Assembly: GCA_038323195.1 (NCBI GenBank) | Contig: JBBQGQ010000017.1 | Span: 5-64,004 of the forward strand | Source of the DNA: Acidimicrobiia bacterium | GTDB taxonomy: Bacteria > Actinomycetota > Acidimicrobiia > IMCC26256 > PALSA-610 | Reading direction: 5' to 3' | Length of the DNA: 64,000 nt | Part shown: in pieces, positions 9,686 to 18,643 of the stretch | Numbering within the stretch: the stretch's first letter is position 1 | How the letters are laid out: each line of letters starts with the position of its first letter | The notes under the pieces: model-generated | Database searches by the model: none | Told to the model about the DNA's origin: nothing | What the model saw: only the letters and a program-made list of their open reading frames with translations | Position numbers and translations under genes: made by a program

Positions 9686-10207
9686 ATGACGCAGAGGTTG
9701 GTGCGCGAGCGACTTTTGGGAGTCGCGGTGCTCGCCGTCGCCATGGCCGCGGCCTGCAGCGACTCGGCACCAAACACGACACCGCCGTCCTCGGCGCGTG
9801 CCCCGGCGAGCGCGGCCACCACCACGACGGAACCTTCGAAGTTCGCGAGCCTGTACCTTCAGATCCTCGGCCCGGCCGACGCCGCGACCGGCAAGTTCTT
9901 CACGGCGATCACAACGCTGCCGAACACCGCCACCGGTGCCGACGCGCAGAAGATCGCAACTCCGGCCGCCGACGCGATCGAAGCGGCCGACCGACGACTG
10001 TTGGGTGTGGCGTGGCCCGGTCGGGTGGCCGCTGACGTTCGAGCGTTGGTAGTTGCCGATGCGCGGCTCGTCGCCGACCTTCGCAACCTCGCCCCCCAGC
10101 CGAGACTCACCTCCGGAGCGTGGAAGGACAGGTTCGAGGCCGACGTTGCCAAGGTGACGAGCTGCGTGAACGTCGTCCACGCCGATCTCCAGAACCCGTC
10201 GAAATAA
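9686..10207 (+). CDS. Hypothetical lipoprotein
   Basis: Signal plus lipobox (LAVAMAAAC) and a TGGAG SD upstream. I recognised no family. Confidence 0.6.
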   Translation: MTQRLVRERLLGVAVLAVAMAAACSDSAPNTTPPSSARAPASAATTTTEPSKFASLYLQILGPADAATGKFFTAITTLPNTATGADAQKIATPAADAIEAADRRLLGVAWPGRVAADVRALVVADARLVADLRNLAPQPRLTSGAWKDRFEADVAKVTSCVNVVHADLQNPSK

Positions 10208-10236
10208 CCCAAGGCCGCGTTCCCTAGTGTGGCGAG

Positions 10237-11484
10237 ATGGAGCTCGGCGACGTCGCGAACGAAGGCGCGCGTCAATACGGCAAGCCCCTCGACGGCGTGC
10301 GCGTGCTCGCGGCGGAACAGATGCAGGCGCTGCCCTACGCGACCCAGCTGCTCGCCCGCCTGGGCGCCGACGTGGTGAAGGTCGAGCACCCCGTGCACGG
10401 CGAGTCGGCCCGCGCGTCGACCCCCGCCATGGCCGACCCCCAGGGACGCAAGGTCGGCGCCACCTACTTGCGCAACAACTTCAACAAGCGCAGCGTCGGC
10501 ATCGACCTGAAGTCGGCCGAAGGGCGAGACCTGTTCCTCGCGCTCGTCCCGAACTTCGACGTGGTCGCCGAGAACTTCAAGCCCGGCACGATGGACCGCA
10601 TGGGCCTCGGTTACGACGTGATCTCGAAGACCAACCCCCGAGCCGTGTACGTCTCGATCTCCGGGTTCGGCAACACGGTCGACACGCCGTATCGCGACTG
10701 GCCCGCGTACGCGTCGATCGTCGAGGCGATGTCGGGCATCTACGACTACCGCCATCCCGACCAGCCGCCCGTCACGATCCCGGTCGGCGCGCTGGGCGAC
10801 ATCAGCTCGGCGCTGTTCGGCGTGATCGGCATCATGGCCGCGCTCCGGCATCGGGATGCCACGAACCTGGGCCAGTACGTCGACATCGCGATGTTCGACG
10901 CGATGATCGCGATGACCGACATCGTGACGAATTTCTGGTCGCTGGGCGTTCGGCCGGAACCCGACAAGGGCCTGCAGGTGATCTGCGAGGGCTTCCGCGC
11001 GTCGGACGGCTACGTGGTCGCGCAGGTCGTGCGCGAGCACCAGTTCTGGAACCTCGGTGACCTCGTCGGTCGCCCGGAGTGGAGAGACGATCCGCGTTTC
11101 GCGACACGCGCGGGTTGGGCGGCGCACCTCGAGTCGGAGATCCGGCCCGCGGTCGACGCGTGGGCGTCGAAGCGCACCAAGCTCGAGGCGGCGCGCGCGC
11201 TCACCGAGGCCGGGGTCGTCGCGGGCCCGAGCAATCACGCCGCGGACGTGATCGCCGACCCGCACGTCGCGGTCCGGCACATGCTCGTCGAGATGCCGCG
11301 CACCGACGGCGAACCCGAGCCGGTGCTGGTGCCCGGAAATCCGGTGAAGCTGTCGAAGATGAGCGAAGGCCCGGAGACGCGCGTCCCTTGGGTGGGGGAG
11401 CACACGGCGGAGGTGTTGAGCGCCGAGCTCGGCCTCGACGACGCCGAGCTCGCACGGCTTCGGGAACGCGGGGTCATCTCCTGA
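10237..11484 (+). CDS. Family III CoA-transferase (CaiB/BaiF type)
   Basis: PLDGVRVLAAEQMQALPYATQLLARLGADVVKVEHP matches the N-terminal signature of the family, and the protein is of full length. Confidence 0.85.
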   Translation: MELGDVANEGARQYGKPLDGVRVLAAEQMQALPYATQLLARLGADVVKVEHPVHGESARASTPAMADPQGRKVGATYLRNNFNKRSVGIDLKSAEGRDLFLALVPNFDVVAENFKPGTMDRMGLGYDVISKTNPRAVYVSISGFGNTVDTPYRDWPAYASIVEAMSGIYDYRHPDQPPVTIPVGALGDISSALFGVIGIMAALRHRDATNLGQYVDIAMFDAMIAMTDIVTNFWSLGVRPEPDKGLQVICEGFRASDGYVVAQVVREHQFWNLGDLVGRPEWRDDPRFATRAGWAAHLESEIRPAVDAWASKRTKLEAARALTEAGVVAGPSNHAADVIADPHVAVRHMLVEMPRTDGEPEPVLVPGNPVKLSKMSEGPETRVPWVGEHTAEVLSAELGLDDAELARLRERGVIS

Positions 11485-11538
11485 CCGCGACGTTCCGGAC
11501 GTCGTCTGGTCGGCGGGCGGCGGTCGCGGCGCGCCTCG

Positions 11539-11544
11539 TACAAT
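11539..11544 (+). promoter_or_regulatory. -10-like TACAAT box 7 nt upstream of ATG 11552 (candidate leaderless promoter)
   Basis: Reads TACAAT-ccggcgc-ATG with no SD. Confidence 0.35.
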
Positions 11545-11551
11545 CCGGCGC

Positions 11552-12757
11552 ATGGACTTCGATTTCTCGCCCGAGCAGCGCGCGTTCGAGCGCGAGGTCG
11601 TGCGCTTCCTCGACGAGCACGACGATCCCGACGTCTTCGACCTGACCCGCGAGAACATGGCCCAGATCGTCGACACGCCGAAGCGACGCGCCTTCATGCG
11701 TGAGGTCGGCGAGCGGGGCTGGCTCGGGCTGACGTGGCCCAAGGAGTACGGCGGCTCCGAGGGTGAAGGCGTGTACGAGTACCTCCTCAACGAGCAGCTG
11801 GCGGCGCGCGGTGGCCCGCAGATCGGCAAGGGCGTCGGCATCATCGGCAAGACGCTCATCAAAGAGGCGAGCGAATTCCTGAAGCAGGAATTCCTCCCGA
11901 AGATCCTGCGCAACGACGTGGAGTTCGCCGTCGGCTACAGCGAGCCCAACGCGGGCTCCGACGCGGCGTCGATGCGACTGAAGGCCGAACGCGGTGAGCG
12001 CGACGGCAGGACGGGCTGGATCTTGAACGGCCAGAAGACGTGGACCACCTCCGCCCACTTCGCCGAGTGGTACTGGCTCGGTACCCGCACCGATCCCGCC
12101 AACAAGCACATGGGCATCACGCTCATGCTCGTTCCGCTCGACCAGCCCGGCATCACCATCAAGGGCATCTGGACGATGGGCGACGAACGCACGAACGAGG
12201 TCTTCATCGAAGACGTGTTCGTGCCCGATGACTACGTCGTCGGCGAGGTGAATCGTGGCTTCCAATACATCTCGCAGGCGCTCGACCTCGAGCGCTTCAC
12301 GCTGTTCACGTTCTCGCCGATCAAGCAGCGACTCGACCTGCTGATCGACTATGTGCGCACCGTCTCGCGCGACGGTGTTCCCCTGCGCGACGACCCGGTC
12401 GTGCGGCAGCGGATCGCCCAACTCGTGACTGACGCGGAGGTCGCACGTGTGCTCGGGTTGCGCGTGGTCGCGGCATCGATGAAGGGCGAGAAGGTTCCGG
12501 GCACTCCGCCGCCGACGATCGAGTCGTCCGAGTACAAGCTCTTCGCGACGGAGTACTCGCGGCGGCTCGCGAACGCGTCGATGGACATCGGTGGTCCGGG
12601 CGCGCAGCTCCGGATCCGCACGAAGACCGCGCCGATGGAGGGGCGGGCCGAGTCGACGTATCGCTACACCGTGATCGACACGATCGGCGGTGGTTCGTCC
12701 GAGATCCAAAAGAACATCATCGCCCGGCGCGGGCTCGGGCTCCCGAAGAACTTCTGA
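11552..12757 (+). CDS. Acyl-CoA dehydrogenase (catalytic-type subunit)
   Basis: GYSEPNAGSDAAS and the C-terminal IGGGSSEIQKNIIARRGLGLP retain the usual catalytic Glu context. Confidence 0.88.
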   Translation: MDFDFSPEQRAFEREVVRFLDEHDDPDVFDLTRENMAQIVDTPKRRAFMREVGERGWLGLTWPKEYGGSEGEGVYEYLLNEQLAARGGPQIGKGVGIIGKTLIKEASEFLKQEFLPKILRNDVEFAVGYSEPNAGSDAASMRLKAERGERDGRTGWILNGQKTWTTSAHFAEWYWLGTRTDPANKHMGITLMLVPLDQPGITIKGIWTMGDERTNEVFIEDVFVPDDYVVGEVNRGFQYISQALDLERFTLFTFSPIKQRLDLLIDYVRTVSRDGVPLRDDPVVRQRIAQLVTDAEVARVLGLRVVAASMKGEKVPGTPPPTIESSEYKLFATEYSRRLANASMDIGGPGAQLRIRTKTAPMEGRAESTYRYTVIDTIGGGSSEIQKNIIARRGLGLPKNF

Positions 12758-12777
12758 CCCGTGTTTGGAACGACGCT

Positions 12778-13932
12778 GTGCTGCAAGGTGTGACCGTCCT
12801 CGATCTCGCGTCGGTGGGTCCGGCCGCGCGCACGTCGCGCTGGCTGGCCGACTACGGCGCGCGCGTCGTCAAGATCGGCCCGCCGCCCGAGCAATCGGGC
12901 GTGCAGATCGTTCCGCCGTTCTACGCGTACAGCGGGCACCGCGGTATGGAGCGCGCGCTCCTCGATCTGAAGTCCGACGCGGGGCGCGACGCGTTTCTTC
13001 GGCTTGCTACCCGCGCGGACGTGGTGATCGAGAGCTTCCGTCCCGGCGTCATGGACCGCCTCGGTCTGGGTGACGGCGCGGTGCGCGCGGTGAATCCCGC
13101 CATCGTGTACTGCTCGACGAGCGGCTACGGGCAGACCGGACCGCGTTCGCAGTGGGCCGGCCACGACCTCAACTACCTCGCGGTCGGCGGCTACCTCGAC
13201 TGCACGGGCCGTGATCTTGACGGCCGGCCCGCGCTGCCGGGCGCGACGATCGGCGACGCCGCGGGGGGCGGCATGCAGGCCGTGATGGCGATTCTCGCCG
13301 CGCTCGTGCAGCGGTCGGCGACCGGCGAGGGGGCGTACCTCGACGTCTCGGTGGCCGACGGCGTGGTCGCGCTCATGTCCTTGTACATCGACGAATTCTT
13401 CGCGACCGGCGCGATTCCCGGCCCGGGCCACAACATCCTCACGGGTCGTTACGCGTGCTACGACGTCTACCGGTGTGCCGACGACCGGTGGATCGCGGTC
13501 GGTGCCATCGAGCCCCGCTTCTACGCGAACCTGTGTCGCGCGATCGGATGCGACCAATGGCTCGCGCACCAGACCGACGACGCGGCGCAGGATGCGGTTC
13601 GATCCGACTTCCGCGCCGCGTTCGCCACGAAAACGCGCGCCGAGTGGGTCGCGCAGCTCGGTCCGGCCGATACCTGTGTGTCGGAGATCGCGTCGGTCCC
13701 GGAGCTCGTGCACGACGCGCACTTCCGGGCGCGCCACGTGTTCGTTGACGCGCGCGCGGCCGGGCGCGGCAGCTTCGAGCAGGTCGGTTGGGTGCTCGCG
13801 GGCATGGATCGCGCGCAACCCGGCCCAGTCGTGCGCGACGGGACCGCTACGGATACCGACGCGCTCTTGCAAGAGGTCGGCTATTCGGCGGCGGAGATCG
13901 CGGCGCTGCGCGAGGAAGGAGTCGCCGCGTGA
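12778..13932 (+). CDS. Family III CoA-transferase / alpha-methylacyl-CoA racemase-like
   Basis: GTG start. LQGVTVLDLASVGPAARTSRWLADYGARVVKIG matches the family signature. Confidence 0.85.
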   Translation: MLQGVTVLDLASVGPAARTSRWLADYGARVVKIGPPPEQSGVQIVPPFYAYSGHRGMERALLDLKSDAGRDAFLRLATRADVVIESFRPGVMDRLGLGDGAVRAVNPAIVYCSTSGYGQTGPRSQWAGHDLNYLAVGGYLDCTGRDLDGRPALPGATIGDAAGGGMQAVMAILAALVQRSATGEGAYLDVSVADGVVALMSLYIDEFFATGAIPGPGHNILTGRYACYDVYRCADDRWIAVGAIEPRFYANLCRAIGCDQWLAHQTDDAAQDAVRSDFRAAFATKTRAEWVAQLGPADTCVSEIASVPELVHDAHFRARHVFVDARAAGRGSFEQVGWVLAGMDRAQPGPVVRDGTATDTDALLQEVGYSAAEIAALREEGVAA

Positions 13933-14441
13933 GCAATCTGCCGCCGCGCGTCGAGAAGCTGATCGACCAGGTGCAATACGAAGAAGCGGGGGAGTTCCCC
14001 GTCGAGCGCGGCTACATCTACACGTCGTGTTCCTCGGTCGAGAACGGCAATCCGCTCTTCTGGGACGACGACGTCGCGCAGTCACTCACCGGCGGGCCGA
14101 TCGCACCACCGACGATGATCTCGGTGTGGTTCCGTCCGCACCAGTGGTCGCCGGGACGCACCGAGCCGGCGGTGCCGTTGCAGTCGCATTTCGACCTGAA
14201 GGAGATCTTCGAGCTCCCCGAGGCGGTGATGACCGACAACACCATCGTCTTCCACCAGCCGGTCCGGCCGGGCGACCGCCTGCGGACGCGCCAGGTTGTG
14301 CGCTCGGTCAGCGAACCCAAGACGACAAAGCTCGGTACCGGTCGCTTCTGGGTGATCGAGGTCGAATATCTCAACCAGAACGACGAGCTCGTCGGCGTGG
14401 AGTCGTATACCGGCTTCGGCTACCGCCGAGGCGACGCATGA
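13929..14441 (+). CDS. MaoC-like dehydratase, N-terminal-type hot-dog subunit
   Basis: The GTG at 13929 overlaps the upstream TGA (GTGA). FPVERGYIYTSCSSVENGNPLFWDDDVA fits MaoC_dehydrat_N-type proteins. Confidence 0.75.
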   Translation: MSNLPPRVEKLIDQVQYEEAGEFPVERGYIYTSCSSVENGNPLFWDDDVAQSLTGGPIAPPTMISVWFRPHQWSPGRTEPAVPLQSHFDLKEIFELPEAVMTDNTIVFHQPVRPGDRLRTRQVVRSVSEPKTTKLGTGRFWVIEVEYLNQNDELVGVESYTGFGYRRGDA

Positions 14442-14935
14442 CCGCCCCGTCGGCCACGCCCGCGGCGCGACTCAACTTCGCCGACGTACATGCGGGTGAC
14501 GTCCTGCCCGAGCTCGCGTACCCGGTCACCGCGACGACCATCGTGCTCGGCGCGCTCGCGGCCCGCGACTGGCGACCGATGCACCACGACTACGACTTCG
14601 CCGTCAATCGCAACGGAACCAAGGACATCTTCATGAACACGCCCAACCAGGCCGCCTGGTTCGAGCGCTTCCTCACCGACTGGTCGGGCCCGACGGGCCG
14701 GCTGGGGCGTATGAAGTTCCGGATGAAGGGCTCCGTGTTCCCGGGCGACACGATGGTGCTCGGCGGAACCGTCGAAAAGGTCGAGACCGACGAGACGGGT
14801 TGCGGCTGGGCGATGGTGCTCGTCCGGCTCACCGTCGACGGCGACCTCAAGACCGACTGCACGGCGCGCATCGCGCTGCCCGTCACCGACGACGACAACC
14901 CCTGGACCCGCCGCGGCGACCAGTGGCGACCGTAG
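14438..14935 (+). CDS. MaoC-like dehydratase, C-terminal-type hot-dog subunit
   Basis: ATGA overlap with the upstream gene. Motifs are RDWRPMHHDYDFA and GDTMVLGGTVEKVE. Confidence 0.75.
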   Translation: MTAPSATPAARLNFADVHAGDVLPELAYPVTATTIVLGALAARDWRPMHHDYDFAVNRNGTKDIFMNTPNQAAWFERFLTDWSGPTGRLGRMKFRMKGSVFPGDTMVLGGTVEKVETDETGCGWAMVLVRLTVDGDLKTDCTARIALPVTDDDNPWTRRGDQWRP

Positions 14936-14947
14936 GGAGCTGAAGGC

Positions 14948-16075
14948 ATGGATCTCGACCTCAACGAGGAGCAGGAGATGCTGCGCGAGATGGTGCGCGG
15001 CGTCTGCAGCTCGTACGCGAACCTCGAGACGGTGCGCGCACTCGAGGACGACCCGATCGGTTTCCCGGCCGAGCTGTGGAAGCAGATGGCCGCGCTCGAC
15101 CTGATCGGTCTCATGGTGCCCGCCGCGTACGGCGGTTCGGAGATGAGCGTGCTCGAAGGCGCGGTGGTGTACAGCGAGCTCGGGCGCGCGCTCGCGCCGT
15201 CACCTCATTTCGTGAGCGCAGTGATGGGTGCCGGCGTACTCCTCCGTGCAGGCAGCGACGAGCAGAAGCAGTCGTGGATGGCGCGCATCGCGTCGGGCGA
15301 TGCGATCGTCACGTGCGCGTGGCTGGAGCCGGGGAACGGCTTCGGGGCGCGCGGCGTGCAGGCAACCGCCCGGGCCGACGGCGGCGATTTCGTGCTCGAC
15401 GGTACCAAGTGCCACGTGCCGTTCGCCGCGGCCGCGACCGCGATGCTCGTATTGGCCCGCACCGGCGACGCCGACGACGACATCGACCTGTTCCTCGTCG
15501 ACCCGACCGCCACCGGCGTGGCGTTGCAGCAGCAACTCACGCTCGCGTCCGACAGTCAATACGCGGTGACGCTGTCGGGAGTGCGCGTGACGGCTTCGGC
15601 GCGCGTCGGCGCGGCCGGGTCAGGGTGGTCGACCTGGCACGAGGCGATGCTCGACGGGATCATCATGCTCGCCGCGCAGGCGATCGGTGGCGCGCGCTAC
15701 GCGCTCGAGATCACCGTGCAATACGCGAAGGATCGTGAGCAGTTCGACAAGCCGCTCGGCGCGTTCCAGGCCATCTCGCACTACCTGGCCGACGCCGCGA
15801 CTGCGGTCGACGGAGCCGAGATGCTCGTGTACGAGGCGGCGTGGGCCCGGGCGAACGGCCGGCCGATCGACCGGCTCGCGCCGATGGCCAAGCTGTTCGC
15901 GTGCAAGACGTTCCGCGACGTCACGGCCATGGCGCAGCAGGTGTTCGGCGGCGTCGGTTTCACCGTGGAATACGACGTCCAACTCTACTTCCGCCGCGCC
16001 AAGGTGCAGCAGATCTCGTGGTGGGACGATCGCGCCCTCGAGGAAATGATCGCGGCCGGCGTGCTCGACGCGTAG
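14948..16075 (+). CDS. Acyl-CoA dehydrogenase family protein (divergent; possibly a non-catalytic partner subunit)
   Basis: ACAD fold throughout (MDLDLNEEQEMLREMVR..., QVFGGVGFTVEYDVQLYFRRAK). The usual EP.AGSD and C-terminal EGT.EI motifs are replaced by LEPGNGFGA and QQISWWDD. Confidence 0.8.
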   Translation: MDLDLNEEQEMLREMVRGVCSSYANLETVRALEDDPIGFPAELWKQMAALDLIGLMVPAAYGGSEMSVLEGAVVYSELGRALAPSPHFVSAVMGAGVLLRAGSDEQKQSWMARIASGDAIVTCAWLEPGNGFGARGVQATARADGGDFVLDGTKCHVPFAAAATAMLVLARTGDADDDIDLFLVDPTATGVALQQQLTLASDSQYAVTLSGVRVTASARVGAAGSGWSTWHEAMLDGIIMLAAQAIGGARYALEITVQYAKDREQFDKPLGAFQAISHYLADAATAVDGAEMLVYEAAWARANGRPIDRLAPMAKLFACKTFRDVTAMAQQVFGGVGFTVEYDVQLYFRRAKVQQISWWDDRALEEMIAAGVLDA

Positions 16076-16087
16076 GACGGAGAACCC

Positions 16088-16681
16088 GTGCCGGCCCGCA
16101 TTGCCCAGACGTCCGACGCCGACGCGATGACGGAGACGATCGCGACCGCGTTCTTCGACGATCCATTGTGGAGTTGGGCGTTCGCCGACGAGACCCGGCG
16201 CGCGGCCGATTTCCGGATCTGGTGGCGGGTCTTCGTCGACTCGTGTTTTCGCAACGAGTGGACGTGGGTGACCGACGACTGCGAGTCGGTGGCGATGTGG
16301 GCACCACCCGGCGCCGAGGAGCTGACCACCGCCGAGGAATCGAAGCTGGCGCACCTCGTCGGCGACCTCATCGGTGGCGATCACGCCAACGCCGTGCTGG
16401 GGGTGCTCGCTCGATTCGAGGCCGCGCATCCACACGACGTCCCGCACTACTACCTGAGCATCGTGGCCACCCATGACGACCATCGCGGTCACGGCATCGG
16501 TGAGGCGCTCCTCGCCGAGAACCTGAAGCACGTCGATGCCCAGCACATGCCCGCGTACCTCGAGTCGAGCAACCCGCTGAATCTGAAGCGCTACATGCGG
16601 CTCGGCTTCGAGCCGACCGGCGAGATCGAAATTCCCGACGGTCGCCCGACTGTGATCACGATGTGGCGCGCCGAGCGCTGA
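16088..16681 (+). CDS. GNAT family N-acetyltransferase
   Basis: HRGHGIGEALL (acetyl-CoA loop), the size and the overall pattern fit the family. GTG start after GGAG. Confidence 0.7.
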   Translation: MPARIAQTSDADAMTETIATAFFDDPLWSWAFADETRRAADFRIWWRVFVDSCFRNEWTWVTDDCESVAMWAPPGAEELTTAEESKLAHLVGDLIGGDHANAVLGVLARFEAAHPHDVPHYYLSIVATHDDHRGHGIGEALLAENLKHVDAQHMPAYLESSNPLNLKRYMRLGFEPTGEIEIPDGRPTVITMWRAER

Positions 16682-16690
16682 CTCGAGACC

Positions 16691-18022
16691 TCAGCTCGAT
16701 TCACGGGACTGAACCCAGCGCGTGCCGTTCCACGTCGCGCGCCAGTCGGTGAACACGTTGCCGTTCCAGTAGCGCAGGGTCGTCGCGTCGCGGCGGAACC
16801 AACCGGGCGGGCTCTGCCCGGGTCGGGGGATCGTTACGGGCGTGCCGTCGGCGGACGCGTCCGACGCGAGTGCCGTGGGGGTGTTCGCCGCCAGTCCTCC
16901 GGTGAGCACCGGAGCCGCGCCGGCGCGGCGCTCCGCCGCGTGCGCGAGCTCGTCGAGGTCGACGGGTACACCGGTCGTGGTCGCGTCGACGGGGCCGCGC
17001 TCGTTCGGGTCGAGGCCCTCGAGCTTGCGCAGGATCGCGATGCGCTCGTCGAGCGGCGGGTGCGAGTCGAACATCTTGTTGAGCTTGGCGTGACGATCGT
17101 CGCCCTGATTGCGAAGCGGTGTCACGAGCCAGAGGTGCGCAGTTGCACGCGATACGTGGTGCACGACGGTGTGGTCGGCTTCCAGCTTCTCGAGCGCCTT
17201 GCGGATGCCGTCGGGCGAGACGAGCTCGGCCGCGCTGACGTCGGCGAGCTCCTCGCGGTGACGCGAGATCGCGAGCGAGAGAAGACGGGCGCCGAACGCG
17301 AGCACTCCGGCGAGCGCGGCGATGCCGATGAGCACGATCGCGCCGTTGTTGTTGTCGTCATCGCCCCAGTCGGCGAACCAGCTCATACGGGCCGCGATCT
17401 CGGCGACCGCGACGAGGATCCCGACCGTCGTCACCGCGAGCGTGGTCACCTGGACGTCGCGGTTGCGGACGTGCGACATCTCGTGCGCGAGCACGCCTTC
17501 GAGCTCGCGGCGCGACATGAGGTTGAGCAGACCCGTGGTGACCGCGACCCCGGAGCTCTGCGGCGACCGTCCGAACGCGAACGCGTTGGGGGCCGGATCG
17601 TCGACGATGTACACCCGCGGCTTCGGGAGCCCCGTGCGAATGCAGAGACCCTCGATGACATCGTGTAGCACCTTGGCCTGCTCCGGCGTGACCTCGACCG
17701 CGTGCGTCAGCGCGATGGTCGCGCGCACCGCGAGCATCCAACCGACCACGTCGACCACGATTGCAACCGCGGCGCCGACGAGGATCCCGGTCGGGACCGA
17801 GCGGGTGAGGAGGATGCCGATCGCGGCCCCGAGGATCCCGACCAGCACGAACTCGATCGCGAGCATGAGCAACGAGGTACGCCGGTTCTTGGCTATCAGC
17901 TCGACGTGGGTAACGGGTCCGGTTGTGTTCACGAGGCAACCATCGTCGCGCGGATGGGAACCCCGCTCGGTCCATGGGGCGGTCGCAGTGGTCGTCGTCG
18001 ACGTGGACCATCCCGACCGCAC
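16691..18022 (-). CDS. htpX: M48 zinc metalloprotease HtpX with a C-terminal extension
   Basis: HEMSHVRNRD (HExxH), four TM segments and a distal ELADVSAAEL motif. About 130 extra C-terminal residues end in GWFRRDATTLRYWNGNVFTDW, which is DUF2510-like. The true start is possibly GTG at about 17932. Confidence 0.85.
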   Translation of the reverse strand: MRSGWSTSTTTTATAPWTERGSHPRDDGCLVNTTGPVTHVELIAKNRRTSLLMLAIEFVLVGILGAAIGILLTRSVPTGILVGAAVAIVVDVVGWMLAVRATIALTHAVEVTPEQAKVLHDVIEGLCIRTGLPKPRVYIVDDPAPNAFAFGRSPQSSGVAVTTGLLNLMSRRELEGVLAHEMSHVRNRDVQVTTLAVTTVGILVAVAEIAARMSWFADWGDDDNNNGAIVLIGIAALAGVLAFGARLLSLAISRHREELADVSAAELVSPDGIRKALEKLEADHTVVHHVSRATAHLWLVTPLRNQGDDRHAKLNKMFDSHPPLDERIAILRKLEGLDPNERGPVDATTTGVPVDLDELAHAAERRAGAAPVLTGGLAANTPTALASDASADGTPVTIPRPGQSPPGWFRRDATTLRYWNGNVFTDWRATWNGTRWVQSRESS

Positions 18023-18106
18023 GCGCCGCGGTTTCGTAGGGTTTGTCGGGGTTCAGGGGGGTGCTGGAAACCGACGCGCATCGGCGCCAACTCGTCGGGA
18101 GGTGAC

Positions 18107-18643
18107 GTGAGCCTCGGTTCGGACATTGGTCGATCACTTGCCGGGCCCTATCTCGCCGCGTGCGCGTTGCTCTTGGTCGCGGGCGTGGGAAAAGTCCTCC
18201 GCCCCGCGCCGGCGCGGGCCGCGGTCAGTGCCGCGGGGCTGCGCCTTCCGCGTTCCGGAGTCGTCGCGTTCGGGCTCGTCGAGCTCGCGGCGGGGGGCGC
18301 GGGAGCCCTGCTCGGCGGCCGCGTCGCGTTCGCGGTTGCGGCGTGTTACCTCCTCTTGGGCGCATTCGCCGTCCGCCTTCTCGTTCGTGCGCCGACGGCA
18401 CCGTGCGCGTGTCTGGGCTCTACGAACGCGGTCGTGACCCGCACCCACGTCGTGATCGACGTCGCCGCGGCGTGCGTCGCGATCGGCGCGGCGTCGGGCG
18501 GTTCGCCGTTCGCGCCGATCGCCGGGCGTTGGCTCGCCGGCGCAGTGTTCATGGTGCTCGTGGCGTGTTGCGTGAAGCTCACGGCGCTCGCGCTCGAAGA
18601 GCTACCCCAACTCGCGACGGCCGCCGAGGAGGCAGCGCCATGA
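18107..18643 (+). CDS. MauE/DoxX-type redox-associated membrane protein
   Basis: GTG at 18107, 5 nt after GGAGG. Four predicted TM helices and a PCACLGS (C-x-C-x-G) motif. It lies in the frame of ORF 17702..18643. Confidence 0.65.
   Translation: MSLGSDIGRSLAGPYLAACALLLVAGVGKVLRPAPARAAVSAAGLRLPRSGVVAFGLVELAAGGAGALLGGRVAFAVAACYLLLGAFAVRLLVRAPTAPCACLGSTNAVVTRTHVVIDVAAACVAIGAASGGSPFAPIAGRWLAGAVFMVLVACCVKLTALALEELPQLATAAEEAAP

Noticed and set aside
9859-11913. 684-aa minus-strand ORF spanning the lipoprotein, CoA-transferase and ACAD region
   Set aside because: The product is Arg/Pro/Gly-rich with no recognisable family. It lies antisense to three plus-strand genes with clear family signatures. 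It is a typical high-GC shadow ORF.
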